Positions 38,226 through 46,116 of a stretch of 64,000 nucleotides of DNA are shown here, piece after piece. Under the pieces are notes generated by a model that worked only from the letters and a program-made list of their open reading frames with translations, made no database searches and was not told the origin of the DNA. Numbering within the stretch: position 1 is the stretch's first letter; each line of letters begins with the position of its first letter. The DNA lies in assembly GCA_031082155.1 (NCBI GenBank), contig JAVHLL010000006.1:952-64951 (forward strand), given 5' to 3'. The DNA is from Thermodesulfovibrionales bacterium (GTDB lineage: Bacteria; Nitrospirota; Thermodesulfovibrionia; Thermodesulfovibrionales; SM23-35). The translations under genes and the position numbers were made by a program.

Positions 38226-38927
38226 TCATGAAGTATTAATATTTCTACCATATATCAGTAAATCTCCAGTTTCAGGATTCTGCGCGATTGTATCTATTCT
38301 CTTCCTCCCTCCGGGATATGGAGAATCGTCCAGTGAATGAACAACGATAGGTCTTAACCCTCTTCCTGCATATTCAAGTGTTTTGAATAAGTAACCCATG
38401 AACGAGCCCGAATAGCGATAGCGTCGTATGCAGTCCTCAATACTCTTTTGAAGCAAATACTCATATCCCTCCCAACGAGAAATTTTGGGATTATGTTCGA
38501 TCCACTCATCAATAGTGAACCTTACCAACTTAATAATTTCCTGTCTGGCTGTCACATTTCCTTTCTGGGCAATTCTCACTAACGCGATACTGATAATGTC
38601 CCGTATAGAATCATTATCTTTGTCAGCCGGAGTTAAAAAGGTGTAGAGTTTGTCATTATATTTATGAAGAATAATGTTGACCTCAGTTTCACTTCGATAA
38701 AGTTTGGTTCCGTTACGCCGGGATGTAACCCATTGTTTTTGAAATTTACGATCCAAAGCACGGGTAATTCTATCCCAGTCTATGCCGCCGCTTTCTCTTC
38801 TTATGTTCTTCTGAAAGAATCGATAAATATGTGGAGCGTATCCTCGTATCCAGGAGCTATTGAATGTATGCGGTTGTTTCTTTCTTAGCAGTTTGTTTAA
38901 AGTTTTAATAGCAGAATCAAAATCCAT
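38226..38927 (-). CDS. hypothetical protein (weak sigma-70 region-2-like segment)
   Basis: 233-aa ORF. ...CIRRYRYSGSFMGYLFKTLEYA loosely resembles sigma region 2. Its first ~30 codons and its upstream region are duplicated at 42306-42505. Confidence 0.5.
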   Translation of the reverse strand: MDFDSAIKTLNKLLRKKQPHTFNSSWIRGYAPHIYRFFQKNIRRESGGIDWDRITRALDRKFQKQWVTSRRNGTKLYRSETEVNIILHKYNDKLYTFLTPADKDNDSIRDIISIALVRIAQKGNVTARQEIIKLVRFTIDEWIEHNPKISRWEGYEYLLQKSIEDCIRRYRYSGSFMGYLFKTLEYAGRGLRPIVVHSLDDSPYPGGRKRIDTIAQNPETGDLLIYGRNINTS

Positions 38928-39101
38928 TGTCTTAACTTATATCGAAACGGTAGTGACTGCAGGGCTTTCCGTTTGAGGCCGTAGATTTACAATAGGAAAA
39001 TGAGGAAGGTTTTTCAATAGTCCCTCGTTCATTTGGGAGAGGATTGTGTTCATTTATTTAATAAGTACATTTTCAGTGAACGATAAATATTACTGAACAT
39101 G
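38831..39101. repeat. direct repeat copy I (5' end of the 233-aa gene plus a divergent promoter/operator region)
   Basis: It aligns with 42306-42505, for example tatccaggagctattgaatgt...gcagaatcaaaatccattgtcttaacttat...ggattgtgttcat...ataaatattactgaacatg. Copy I carries an extra internal segment of about 60 bp. Confidence 0.75.
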
Positions 39102-39217
39102 AAAAAGTTAACATGTTAACCTTCAAGGTCAATTGGCTTTTTGGAGAGTGCAAATATAACCTCTTGGATTCAAAAATAATTCTCCCATAGAAGATTTTTA
39201 TTCAAGAACTTGACTTT

Positions 39218-39270
39218 TGTTCATTTTTTTTGTATGTTCATATTAACTGAACAGTATAAATAAGTGAACA
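39218..39270 (+). promoter_or_regulatory. nested inverted-repeat operator: TGTTCA-n11-TGTTCA-n7-TGAACA-n11-TGAACA
   Basis: Half-sites at 39218-23, 39235-40, 39248-53 and 39265-70. The last one abuts the ATG at 39271. Further TGTTCA/TGAACA sites occur at 39047, 39094, 42449, 42466 and 42496. Confidence 0.6.
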
Positions 39271-40329
39271 ATGACTATGGACAGAAGAACGAATAGAGAC
39301 ACACAAGAAGAAATCTTTCGCCTTGCTATCGAGGCTTTCCGAAAGAACATCCAGGCGCAAGCCGAGATTGAGATTTTGGCCGAGGAACCTGCCTTTGCAA
39401 TGGGGTTTCGGCCAGACCATCGAGTAAGGATGATGATACAAGAGAAGGCAATGGTTTACTATGCCGAAATAAAAACAACCATTACGAAACCATACAAGCT
39501 CTTATTGCTGATGCACAAAGAGAAACTCAACTACCCTCTTTTATTGGTCGCAAAATATGTAAATGCACAGATGGCGGAGCAGCTGAGGCTTGATGGCATC
39601 GAATTTATCGACACAGCCGGCAACGCCTTTATAAACCAGCCGCCAACATATATATTTTTGAAGGGTAACAAACCGACAGAGGATGTCAGAACAGCTCCGC
39701 TCAAAAGAGCATTCAAGCCCGCAGGCCTCAGAATCATTTATGCTTTCTTGTGTAATCCCGGTTTTGAGAATAAGACCTACCGTGAGATAGCTGGAGCAAC
39801 AGACGTAGCCCTCGGTACAGTCGGCTGGATCATGAAAGAACTAAAGGACCTTGGCTTTCTTTTGGATATGGGGAAACGAGGGAATAAACTGACAGAAAGA
39901 GAAAATCTGTTTCAAAGATGGGTTACAGCTTATCCGGAAAAATTGAGACCAAAGCTAATTCTCGGGCATTATAAAGGCGAACATGGATGGTGGCAGCAGA
40001 AGAAACTTGACCCGCTGGCAGCACAGTGGGGTGGAGAGGTTGCTGCTGAAAAGCTCACACATTACCTCAAACCCGAGGTCATCACGATATATACAACGAC
40101 TCAGCAGCTCAATCAGCTGTTACTCGGGAACAGACTCAGGAAAGATCCTGAAGGAGATGTTGAAATCCTCGAAAAGTTCTGGAAGCCAGTTGGTAAATTG
40201 GAATACGAAGACCTTGTGCATCCGATCCTTGTTTATGCAGATCTCCTGGCAACCGGGAATCAGAGGAATATTGAAACAGCGAAGATGATCTATGAGCAAC
40301 ATATCATTCGACTTATCAGGGAAGATTGA
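39271..40329 (+). CDS. AbiEi-like (type IV TA antitoxin-type) DNA-binding protein with an N-terminal PD-(D/E)xK-like domain
   Basis: 352 aa. D...AEIK nuclease-fold-like motif, central wHTH (YREIAGATDVALGTVGWIMKELKDLGFL) and a C-terminal domain. It is followed by a nucleotidyltransferase. The family call is from memory of the AbiEi_2-type architecture. Confidence 0.6.
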   Translation: MTMDRRTNRDTQEEIFRLAIEAFRKNIQAQAEIEILAEEPAFAMGFRPDHRVRMMIQEKAMVYYAEIKTTITKPYKLLLLMHKEKLNYPLLLVAKYVNAQMAEQLRLDGIEFIDTAGNAFINQPPTYIFLKGNKPTEDVRTAPLKRAFKPAGLRIIYAFLCNPGFENKTYREIAGATDVALGTVGWIMKELKDLGFLLDMGKRGNKLTERENLFQRWVTAYPEKLRPKLILGHYKGEHGWWQQKKLDPLAAQWGGEVAAEKLTHYLKPEVITIYTTTQQLNQLLLGNRLRKDPEGDVEILEKFWKPVGKLEYEDLVHPILVYADLLATGNQRNIETAKMIYEQHIIRLIRED

Positions 40330-41158
40330 TCAACAGACCGTAGAAGCCCTTGCTATGGTAAAGAGGATTGCTGATTCTTTGAGCATTCCGTTTTTTGTAG
40401 TTGGCGCTTCCGCAAGGGACTTCATTCTTAAATATTGCTACGGCATCGAACCGCCGAGGATGACGAGAGATATCGACTTGGGTGTCGAAGTCGCCGGTTG
40501 GGAGCAGTTCAACCAGTTGAAGGAAGCATTAATAGCAACGGGCAAATTCTCTCCTGCAAAGGAACAACAAAGGCTCAGCTTCGATTTTGTCATGATCGAT
40601 ATTGTTCCCTTCGGAGCTATTACTGATGAAAACAAGCAGATAAGTTGGCCGCCAGAGCATGAGATATTTATGAGTATGGTTGGATTTAAGGAGGCTTATG
40701 AATACTCAATTACAGTCAGGCTAAGCTCTGATCCTGAACTCGACATCAAGTTACCTACCTTGCCAGGGCTGGCGCTCATGAAAATCATTTCCTGGAAAGA
40801 GAAATATCCTGAACGAAAGAAAGATTCTGAGGATATGTTGCTCATTATGCAGAAATATGAAGAAGCCGGTAACTTTGACAGGCTTTACGATAAAGAGCAG
40901 GATCTGCTACAGGAAGAGAATTTTGATACGAGGCACGCCGGTATCAGGCTGCTTGGCCGGGATATGGCAAAGATCGCCGATCCAGAAACACTGAATATCG
41001 TCAAGACCATTTTAAAGAGTGAAACAGAGGAACAGTCTCAATACAGATTAGTCACTGATATGATCAGAGGCTCTCTCACACTCGATCGTCATTTTGAAGA
41101 AGTATTGCTTCAGGTTGAGAAACTGAGGAAAGGGTTTGACGAGGCTGGCAAAAAATAA
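40292..41158 (+). CDS. nucleotidyltransferase-fold protein (AbiEii/MNT-like toxin candidate)
   Basis: 288 aa. Pol-beta NTase signature VVGASARDFIL...TRDIDLGV (G[AS]-x-DxD). It overlaps the upstream gene by 38 nt. Confidence 0.6.
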   Translation: MSNISFDLSGKIDQQTVEALAMVKRIADSLSIPFFVVGASARDFILKYCYGIEPPRMTRDIDLGVEVAGWEQFNQLKEALIATGKFSPAKEQQRLSFDFVMIDIVPFGAITDENKQISWPPEHEIFMSMVGFKEAYEYSITVRLSSDPELDIKLPTLPGLALMKIISWKEKYPERKKDSEDMLLIMQKYEEAGNFDRLYDKEQDLLQEENFDTRHAGIRLLGRDMAKIADPETLNIVKTILKSETEEQSQYRLVTDMIRGSLTLDRHFEEVLLQVEKLRKGFDEAGKK

Positions 41159-41265
41159 ATTACTTTAGGGTCCTCTTCAGTGCAAATCAGGCAAGTTCGC
41201 AAATATGTCCCTTCTTGTGCACATATTTTAACCATTTTATGATTAATATATAATCGGTTTAATCG

Positions 41266-42348
41266 ATGATAAAGGTCGAAGAGATAAAAGAGGTGTATAA
41301 TTTTGAACCCAAATACACCTTCTCGCAACTCGAACAGAATTTGCCGAAGGGATTTGAGGCAAAAATACAAGATGGCAGCCTTTATAAAGCGGTTAGAAGG
41401 CTTACGGATAAAGTTTATCCTACTGAAGAAAACAGCTATGAAAAGAAATGGTTCGACTTCTATCTGCCGCTCAAACGGAGGGGTTATTTTATTCTCGTGC
41501 CGCTGGGAATAATTCTGTATGACAAAAGATTTTTTTTGGCATTTCCGCATTCAAACGTTGAAGTGCACACCGGCAAGGAAAAGAACGAGTTTTATCTATG
41601 TTTGATACAGCAGACCGTGGAGTTTTCACGAGTACTCAAAAAAGATCCGGGGATTATCGCGAAGGCGATACCATTTGATATTAGAACAGGGCATGTGCTT
41701 GGGAAATATGTTCTGGAAGATCTGTTACCTATAGAGAAAAAGGAAGAGATTTTGAAGCTATATGGAGACCATGGTAAAAGGGGAAAAAGGTCGCGTGGCG
41801 TCTCTCTTAGCGATTATCTGAATACAGCTGCCCTTTGCTACAAGGCTGCCTTTGGCAGTAAGACCAATGGTTTGACTGCCGAACAGATGTACAGGAAATG
41901 GGCTGACGGTAGAGATTGCGGCATGCTCCGCAGAAAAAATAAGAAAAGTAAAAAGGACTTCAGTCATTGGTTAGACACCGAGGCACATTGCGGAGGACAT
42001 CCCTTTGAGATAGTATTCAGTTGGTTCGGCCACGGCATTCATCTGTTTCCACCAGACCTGAACAATCCTTATTTTACTTTGCGTGTGACGAATTACATGT
42101 ATGCATTGGCTTTTCTCGAAATGGTCAAAGAATTTATTAAAAACAGGATACCGTTTAAGGCCCATAAACTCGAAGGTGTTCTCGATTATTTGTCTGGTGA
42201 AAGTTATTTTACCGTCAATGCCCATGACGAGCACAATATTTTCTATTCCTATGAGGATCGAAAACTTTTGAGACATATAGAATGGGACGAGCCTAACATA
42301 TTGATATGGAAAGCAAGTCCCAATATCCAAGAACTATTGAATGTTTGA
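41266..42348 (+). CDS. hypothetical protein
   Basis: 360-aa ORF with no recognisable family. Its last ~100 nt overlap an antisense truncated paralog of the 233-aa gene. Confidence 0.5.
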   Translation: MIKVEEIKEVYNFEPKYTFSQLEQNLPKGFEAKIQDGSLYKAVRRLTDKVYPTEENSYEKKWFDFYLPLKRRGYFILVPLGIILYDKRFFLAFPHSNVEVHTGKEKNEFYLCLIQQTVEFSRVLKKDPGIIAKAIPFDIRTGHVLGKYVLEDLLPIEKKEEILKLYGDHGKRGKRSRGVSLSDYLNTAALCYKAAFGSKTNGLTAEQMYRKWADGRDCGMLRRKNKKSKKDFSHWLDTEAHCGGHPFEIVFSWFGHGIHLFPPDLNNPYFTLRVTNYMYALAFLEMVKEFIKNRIPFKAHKLEGVLDYLSGESYFTVNAHDEHNIFYSYEDRKLLRHIEWDEPNILIWKASPNIQELLNV

Positions 42349-42404
42349 GGTTGTCTATCTACCAGTAGTTTATTTATGGTTTTAACAGCAGAATCGAAAT
42401 CCAT
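42249..42404 (-). pseudogene. truncated paralog of the 38226-38927 gene
   Basis: MDFDSAVKTINKLLVDRQPQTFNSSWILGLAFHI... compares with MDFDSAIKTLNKLLRKKQPHTFNSSWIRGYAPHI... Homology is lost after about 30 codons and a stop follows at codon 52. Confidence 0.6.
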
Positions 42405-42505
42405 TGTCTTAACTTATACCAAAACCCCCAGTCATTGGAGAAGGATTGTGTTCACTTATTTTATATGTTCATCTTTAGTAAACAATAAATATTACTGAAC
42501 ATGGC
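42306..42505. repeat. direct repeat copy II (see 38831-39101)
   Basis: It shows the same ordered sequence blocks as copy I, upstream of the second AbiE cassette. Confidence 0.75.
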
Positions 42506-42652
42506 AAAAATTTATAGTAAACAAAGGAGACGGATACGTTGATCTGAAGGCACAAAGGTAGGGATAGAGACAGTGCCATTTTTAAAGCAATCAATTCTCT
42601 TGACCAATTATTGTAAATGTTATATTATGTAAGCCATAGGTAGGCTGTAGAG

Positions 42653-43462
42653 ATGTCAAACGGCGCACAAAATATAACAAGAAGCCCATTAGGAAGAACT
42701 GAAGCCCGATTTCTTGCCAGAATAGGCATCCGTCCGACATTCAGCATTGAGGATGCGCGCCGTGTCTTGGGTCACAAAGATAGTGATCCAACCAGACAAT
42801 TTCTTGAACGCCTTCAAACTAAGGGTTGGATCAGACGTATTAAACGCGGACGCTTTGCTATTATACCGCTTTCATCGGGAGAAAACCGTACCCCTCAACT
42901 GCATGAATTCATCGTCGCTATGGAACTCGTATCCCCTGCAGCAATTGCCTACTGGTCTGCGCTTAACCATCATGGCATGACCGAGCAACTTCCGCGGACT
43001 GTGTTTGTGGCTACCAATCATCCTGTCCGCAGGCCTCCTGGTGAGGTGCTTGGTGTTAGTTACAAGGTCATCTCGCTGCGCCCTGAGAAGTTTTTTGGCG
43101 TTGTAAAAGACTGGATTAATGAGATGCCCTTTATGGTTACAGACAGGGAGAAAACCATAATTGATGGACTGGATCTTCCACAATATGTCGGAGGAGTAGC
43201 AGAAGTCGCAAAAGTATTGTCCATCGGCTGGACACAACTAAATGAATCCAAACTTCGTAAATATGCAGTTAAAATAGGTATCAGCGCTGTTGCAAAGCGA
43301 CTTGGTTTCTTGATGGAGACATTAGGCCTGGGAAATGTTGAAGCGTTCCGAAGGGTGGTCACCCTTGCCCCAGGCTTTTCTCCGCTCGATCCTACACTTC
43401 CGCATCATGGAAAATACAACCGCAGGTGGGGATTATTGGTTAACACGGAGATTAAGGCATGA
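42653..43462 (+). CDS. abiEi: type IV toxin-antitoxin system antitoxin AbiEi
   Basis: 269 aa. N-terminal wHTH (FSIEDARRVLG...RQFLERLQTKGWIRRIKRGRFAIIP) followed by IAYWSALNHHGMTEQLPRTVFVAT...DREKTIIDGLD, typical of AbiEi. Confidence 0.8.
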   Translation: MSNGAQNITRSPLGRTEARFLARIGIRPTFSIEDARRVLGHKDSDPTRQFLERLQTKGWIRRIKRGRFAIIPLSSGENRTPQLHEFIVAMELVSPAAIAYWSALNHHGMTEQLPRTVFVATNHPVRRPPGEVLGVSYKVISLRPEKFFGVVKDWINEMPFMVTDREKTIIDGLDLPQYVGGVAEVAKVLSIGWTQLNESKLRKYAVKIGISAVAKRLGFLMETLGLGNVEAFRRVVTLAPGFSPLDPTLPHHGKYNRRWGLLVNTEIKA

Positions 43463-43625
43463 TTACGACTGCCGAACTACATCGTATAGCGGAAAAAGAA
43501 GGTCTTCGCTTCTACCAGGCAGAAAAGGACTATGTAATCCTATGGGTTTTATCAGGACTGGTGCATTCCGGGTTAACACGTCATGGATGGGTCTTCAAGG
43601 GCGGGACATGTCTCAGACAAAGAGG
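43459..43625 (+). pseudogene. AbiEii/AbiGii nucleotidyltransferase toxin, truncated after about 54 codons
   Basis: MITTAELHRIAEKEGLRFYQAEKDYVILWVLSGL...WVFKGGTCLRQ matches the AbiEii N-terminus (EKDY...FKGGT.L). The start overlaps the abiEi stop (ATGA). Beyond about 43625 the frame is antisense to another gene and loses similarity. Confidence 0.65.
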
Positions 43626-43883
43626 ATTGCTGACTCTTTCAGCATCTGAGTCCTCGAAAGCTTTCATGCTATCTTCCAGGTCTTTCATAAATAAAGGATC
43701 CTGTGATGCTTCGGCCATCCGTTTGCGAAGCTTTTCTTTTTCAATCTTTTTTGAATATTCTTCCAATGCTTCTTTGACGCCTGCATTTAAAGAAGGAATG
43801 TCCTGGTTCTTTGCATATTCCTTTAATCTTTCGAGTAGCTCTACAGGCAAAGAAAACGTTGCATTTTTTACATTAGTTGCCAT
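43581..43883 (-). CDS. ribbon-helix-helix (CopG-like) antitoxin-type protein, 3' end probably altered
   Basis: ATFSLPVELLERLKEYAKNQDIPSLNAGVKEALEEY is an RHH motif. The tail ...RVSNPLCLRHVPPLKTHP reads antisense through the AbiEii remnant. No toxin partner lies downstream. Confidence 0.55.
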   Translation of the reverse strand: MATNVKNATFSLPVELLERLKEYAKNQDIPSLNAGVKEALEEYSKKIEKEKLRKRMAEASQDPLFMKDLEDSMKAFEDSDAERVSNPLCLRHVPPLKTHP

Positions 43884-43993
43884 ACAATCACCCCCTCTTT
43901 ATATGTTTATTGTATTATTAATATTGTGCATTTCACAATAAATAAAGACATATTTTGCTTTGATAAGAGTCCTTAAATCGTTATTGCAGTGAC

Positions 43994-44821
43994 TTATCGG
44001 TATCGTTCTCTGAATATTTCGAAGTGCATGCTATCAAGATCAATCTTCACGTATGTAAAGTCATCAAGCTGACCTGGCTGTATGCAGGTTGTCTTGCCAA
44101 GTTTCGCGGTCCACTTCCCAGTCATTTGAGGGGATTCATGTATATGCCCATGAAGAGCTAAAAGTGGCTGATTTTTTTTGATGAAGTCGTAGACCGCCTT
44201 CGAACCCACTTCCATACCGCCATAACATTTATCCAGTCCCAGTCTGGCGGGTGGCATGTGAATAACGTATATAGCCTTTCTCATATTTTTAGGACGAACC
44301 AGCCTATCCAACTCACCTTTGAGAGTAGGCAGTGATCTGGCATAGGCAGGCCAGTCCTTTAACTCTTTAAATCCCTGTTGAGTTGACAACAGGCCCGTAC
44401 CGAGCTGCCTCTCGAATACATAGTCGTTCGTATCCATCCGGCATCTGTCCTTCAGACGAAAGGGATAGTCGACAACCCAATTCAAACCGATAAACTCATA
44501 CCCATTGATGTCATACTTTCGCTGGGCCAGAGGCACGACAAAGTTGTATTTGCCACAGACCTCCTCGAATAGCTGATCGTAAATCATAAGATCGTCATTT
44601 CCCAGATAGCAGAGATGGTAGATTCCTGCATCATTAAACTTCTTAAAGTATCCATCCAGAAATGATGTTATAAAATCCTTTTGCTGTGACAGCCCTTCGT
44701 TTTTGGGCAGCATATCGCCACCATTGATCACAATATGTGCCTTTGAGGCTGCTGCGACCTCAAGCAGCCGATTATATTTCCATACGGACCCATGTAAATC
44801 TGTGACAAAGATTATTCTCAT
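43994..44821 (-). CDS. calcineurin-like metallophosphoesterase
   Basis: From the ATG at 44821: MRIIFVTDLHG, INGGDMLP, YLGNDD, LHGHIHESP. Confidence 0.8.
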   Translation of the reverse strand: MRIIFVTDLHGSVWKYNRLLEVAAASKAHIVINGGDMLPKNEGLSQQKDFITSFLDGYFKKFNDAGIYHLCYLGNDDLMIYDQLFEEVCGKYNFVVPLAQRKYDINGYEFIGLNWVVDYPFRLKDRCRMDTNDYVFERQLGTGLLSTQQGFKELKDWPAYARSLPTLKGELDRLVRPKNMRKAIYVIHMPPARLGLDKCYGGMEVGSKAVYDFIKKNQPLLALHGHIHESPQMTGKWTAKLGKTTCIQPGQLDDFTYVKIDLDSMHFEIFRERYR

Positions 44822-44928
44822 TGTATGATTATAGAACTTTTGAATCCTTATGCCGTAGTGCTTGAACGGGTTTTGATGCCGGCACACAGGGGATTTGATT
44901 GCCAAAAAAGATAAACATGTCCTTCTCA

Positions 44929-45573
44929 TTATCGAATGTTTGTTATCAGATAGTAGAGAATGATAGTCAATATAACCGCAGCAATCCATCTTTTTCGAGT
45001 GCTTCTAAACTTATACGGATTGTTCAGAGCAATTTTGTGTGGAGCCACTTTGGGTATTCTGGGGACATATACGTCCGTGCTATTCCATTCCTCCAATAAT
45101 CTCGCTTTGGGTCTGTCAACGGAATCACCCAGGGAAAAGGGATAATTCTCCGCCTTGATTTTGTAAGATCTTGTCACATTCCTCATGTTGCCGTCTGTAC
45201 TTACCAGGATTACTCGCCCAATACCTTCTTCCTTGAGCTTTATTGCGGTTCCAACGATCCTGTTGTCAGCGCTGCTGGCGAGATCATCAATGACATGATA
45301 CTGATTGTATATCCTCACGATGGATCCAGCGGAAGTCCTGGCCCCGGTCGATATGTCCTGATAACTTCCCAGCATATCAAGAGTTCTTGTCACCTGCCTT
45401 GCCGCTTTCGCCCTGTGCTCATCCGGATCAGGATGTTTCTTCAACCCGTCAAGTTCTTTGAGAACAGCGGTGGGTATGACGATCTCATTGCCCCCCAGTT
45501 TAAAGAGGACATCCGGATCTTCTATTAACACGCTGGTATCAATCACAAAGATCTTCTTCCTTACATCATCCAA
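44929..45573 (-). CDS. PIN-domain protein (PhoH/YlaK N-terminal type) with a C-terminal membrane anchor
   Basis: KIFVIDTSVLIEDPDVLFKLGGNEIVIPTAVLKELDGLKK...NRIVGTAI...VILVSTDGNMR. The C-terminus has a hydrophobic WIAAVILTIILYYLI helix. Confidence 0.7.
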   Translation of the reverse strand: MDDVRKKIFVIDTSVLIEDPDVLFKLGGNEIVIPTAVLKELDGLKKHPDPDEHRAKAARQVTRTLDMLGSYQDISTGARTSAGSIVRIYNQYHVIDDLASSADNRIVGTAIKLKEEGIGRVILVSTDGNMRNVTRSYKIKAENYPFSLGDSVDRPKARLLEEWNSTDVYVPRIPKVAPHKIALNNPYKFRSTRKRWIAAVILTIILYYLITNIR

Positions 45574-45769
45574 TATGCTATCTCTCCTTTCTTGGTTATT
45601 TTTAGTGATATCATATAAACTTTTAAAGATAATTTAATATCATTAAGAAGTAATTATAGCATTTTGTGATCATTTGTCAAGTCATTTTATGCTATTATTT
45701 GATTAAGAAATTGATGTTTTTTTCTTCAGGTGATAATATGTATACATTTAAAGACAGGCGGGGTGAACC

Positions 45770-46000
45770 ATGTTGATCGTAAACCTCAAAGCTCTCATAG
45801 AACGGAAAAGCGCTGTAGAAAGAAGGAAGATTACCTATAAAGTAATCGAGCAGGAAACCGGCGTTAAGGCTTTAACCTTATCCAGGATCGCAACCAATCA
45901 CGACTACAACGTCAGCCGGAAGGACCTTGAAAAACTTCTACTCTTTTTCAACTGCCAGCCTAATGATCTACTGACGTTGATCAAAGAGAAAGAAAAATGA
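45770..46000 (+). CDS. small HTH (Cro/C1-type) transcriptional regulator
   Basis: 76 aa. ITYKVIEQETGVKALTLSRIATN...DLEKLLLFFNCQPNDLL. Confidence 0.65.
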   Translation: MLIVNLKALIERKSAVERRKITYKVIEQETGVKALTLSRIATNHDYNVSRKDLEKLLLFFNCQPNDLLTLIKEKEK

Positions 46001-46060
46001 GGACAATGAAAGCACTGATTCCTGTTGAAGTGATTGAAAAGGTTACACTCCTTGACTTTT

Positions 46061-46116
46061 GTTTCACTATAATATATAGTTTCACCATATGGTGAAACAG
46101 TCTTATAAAGTGAAAC
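46061..46116 (+). promoter_or_regulatory. nested inverted-repeat operator: GTTTCAC-n11-GTTTCAC-n6-GTGAAAC-n11-GTGAAAC
   Basis: Half-sites at 46061-67, 46079-85, 46092-98 and 46110-16. The central CATATG contains the ATG (46089) of the downstream gene. The geometry matches 39218-39270. Confidence 0.6.
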
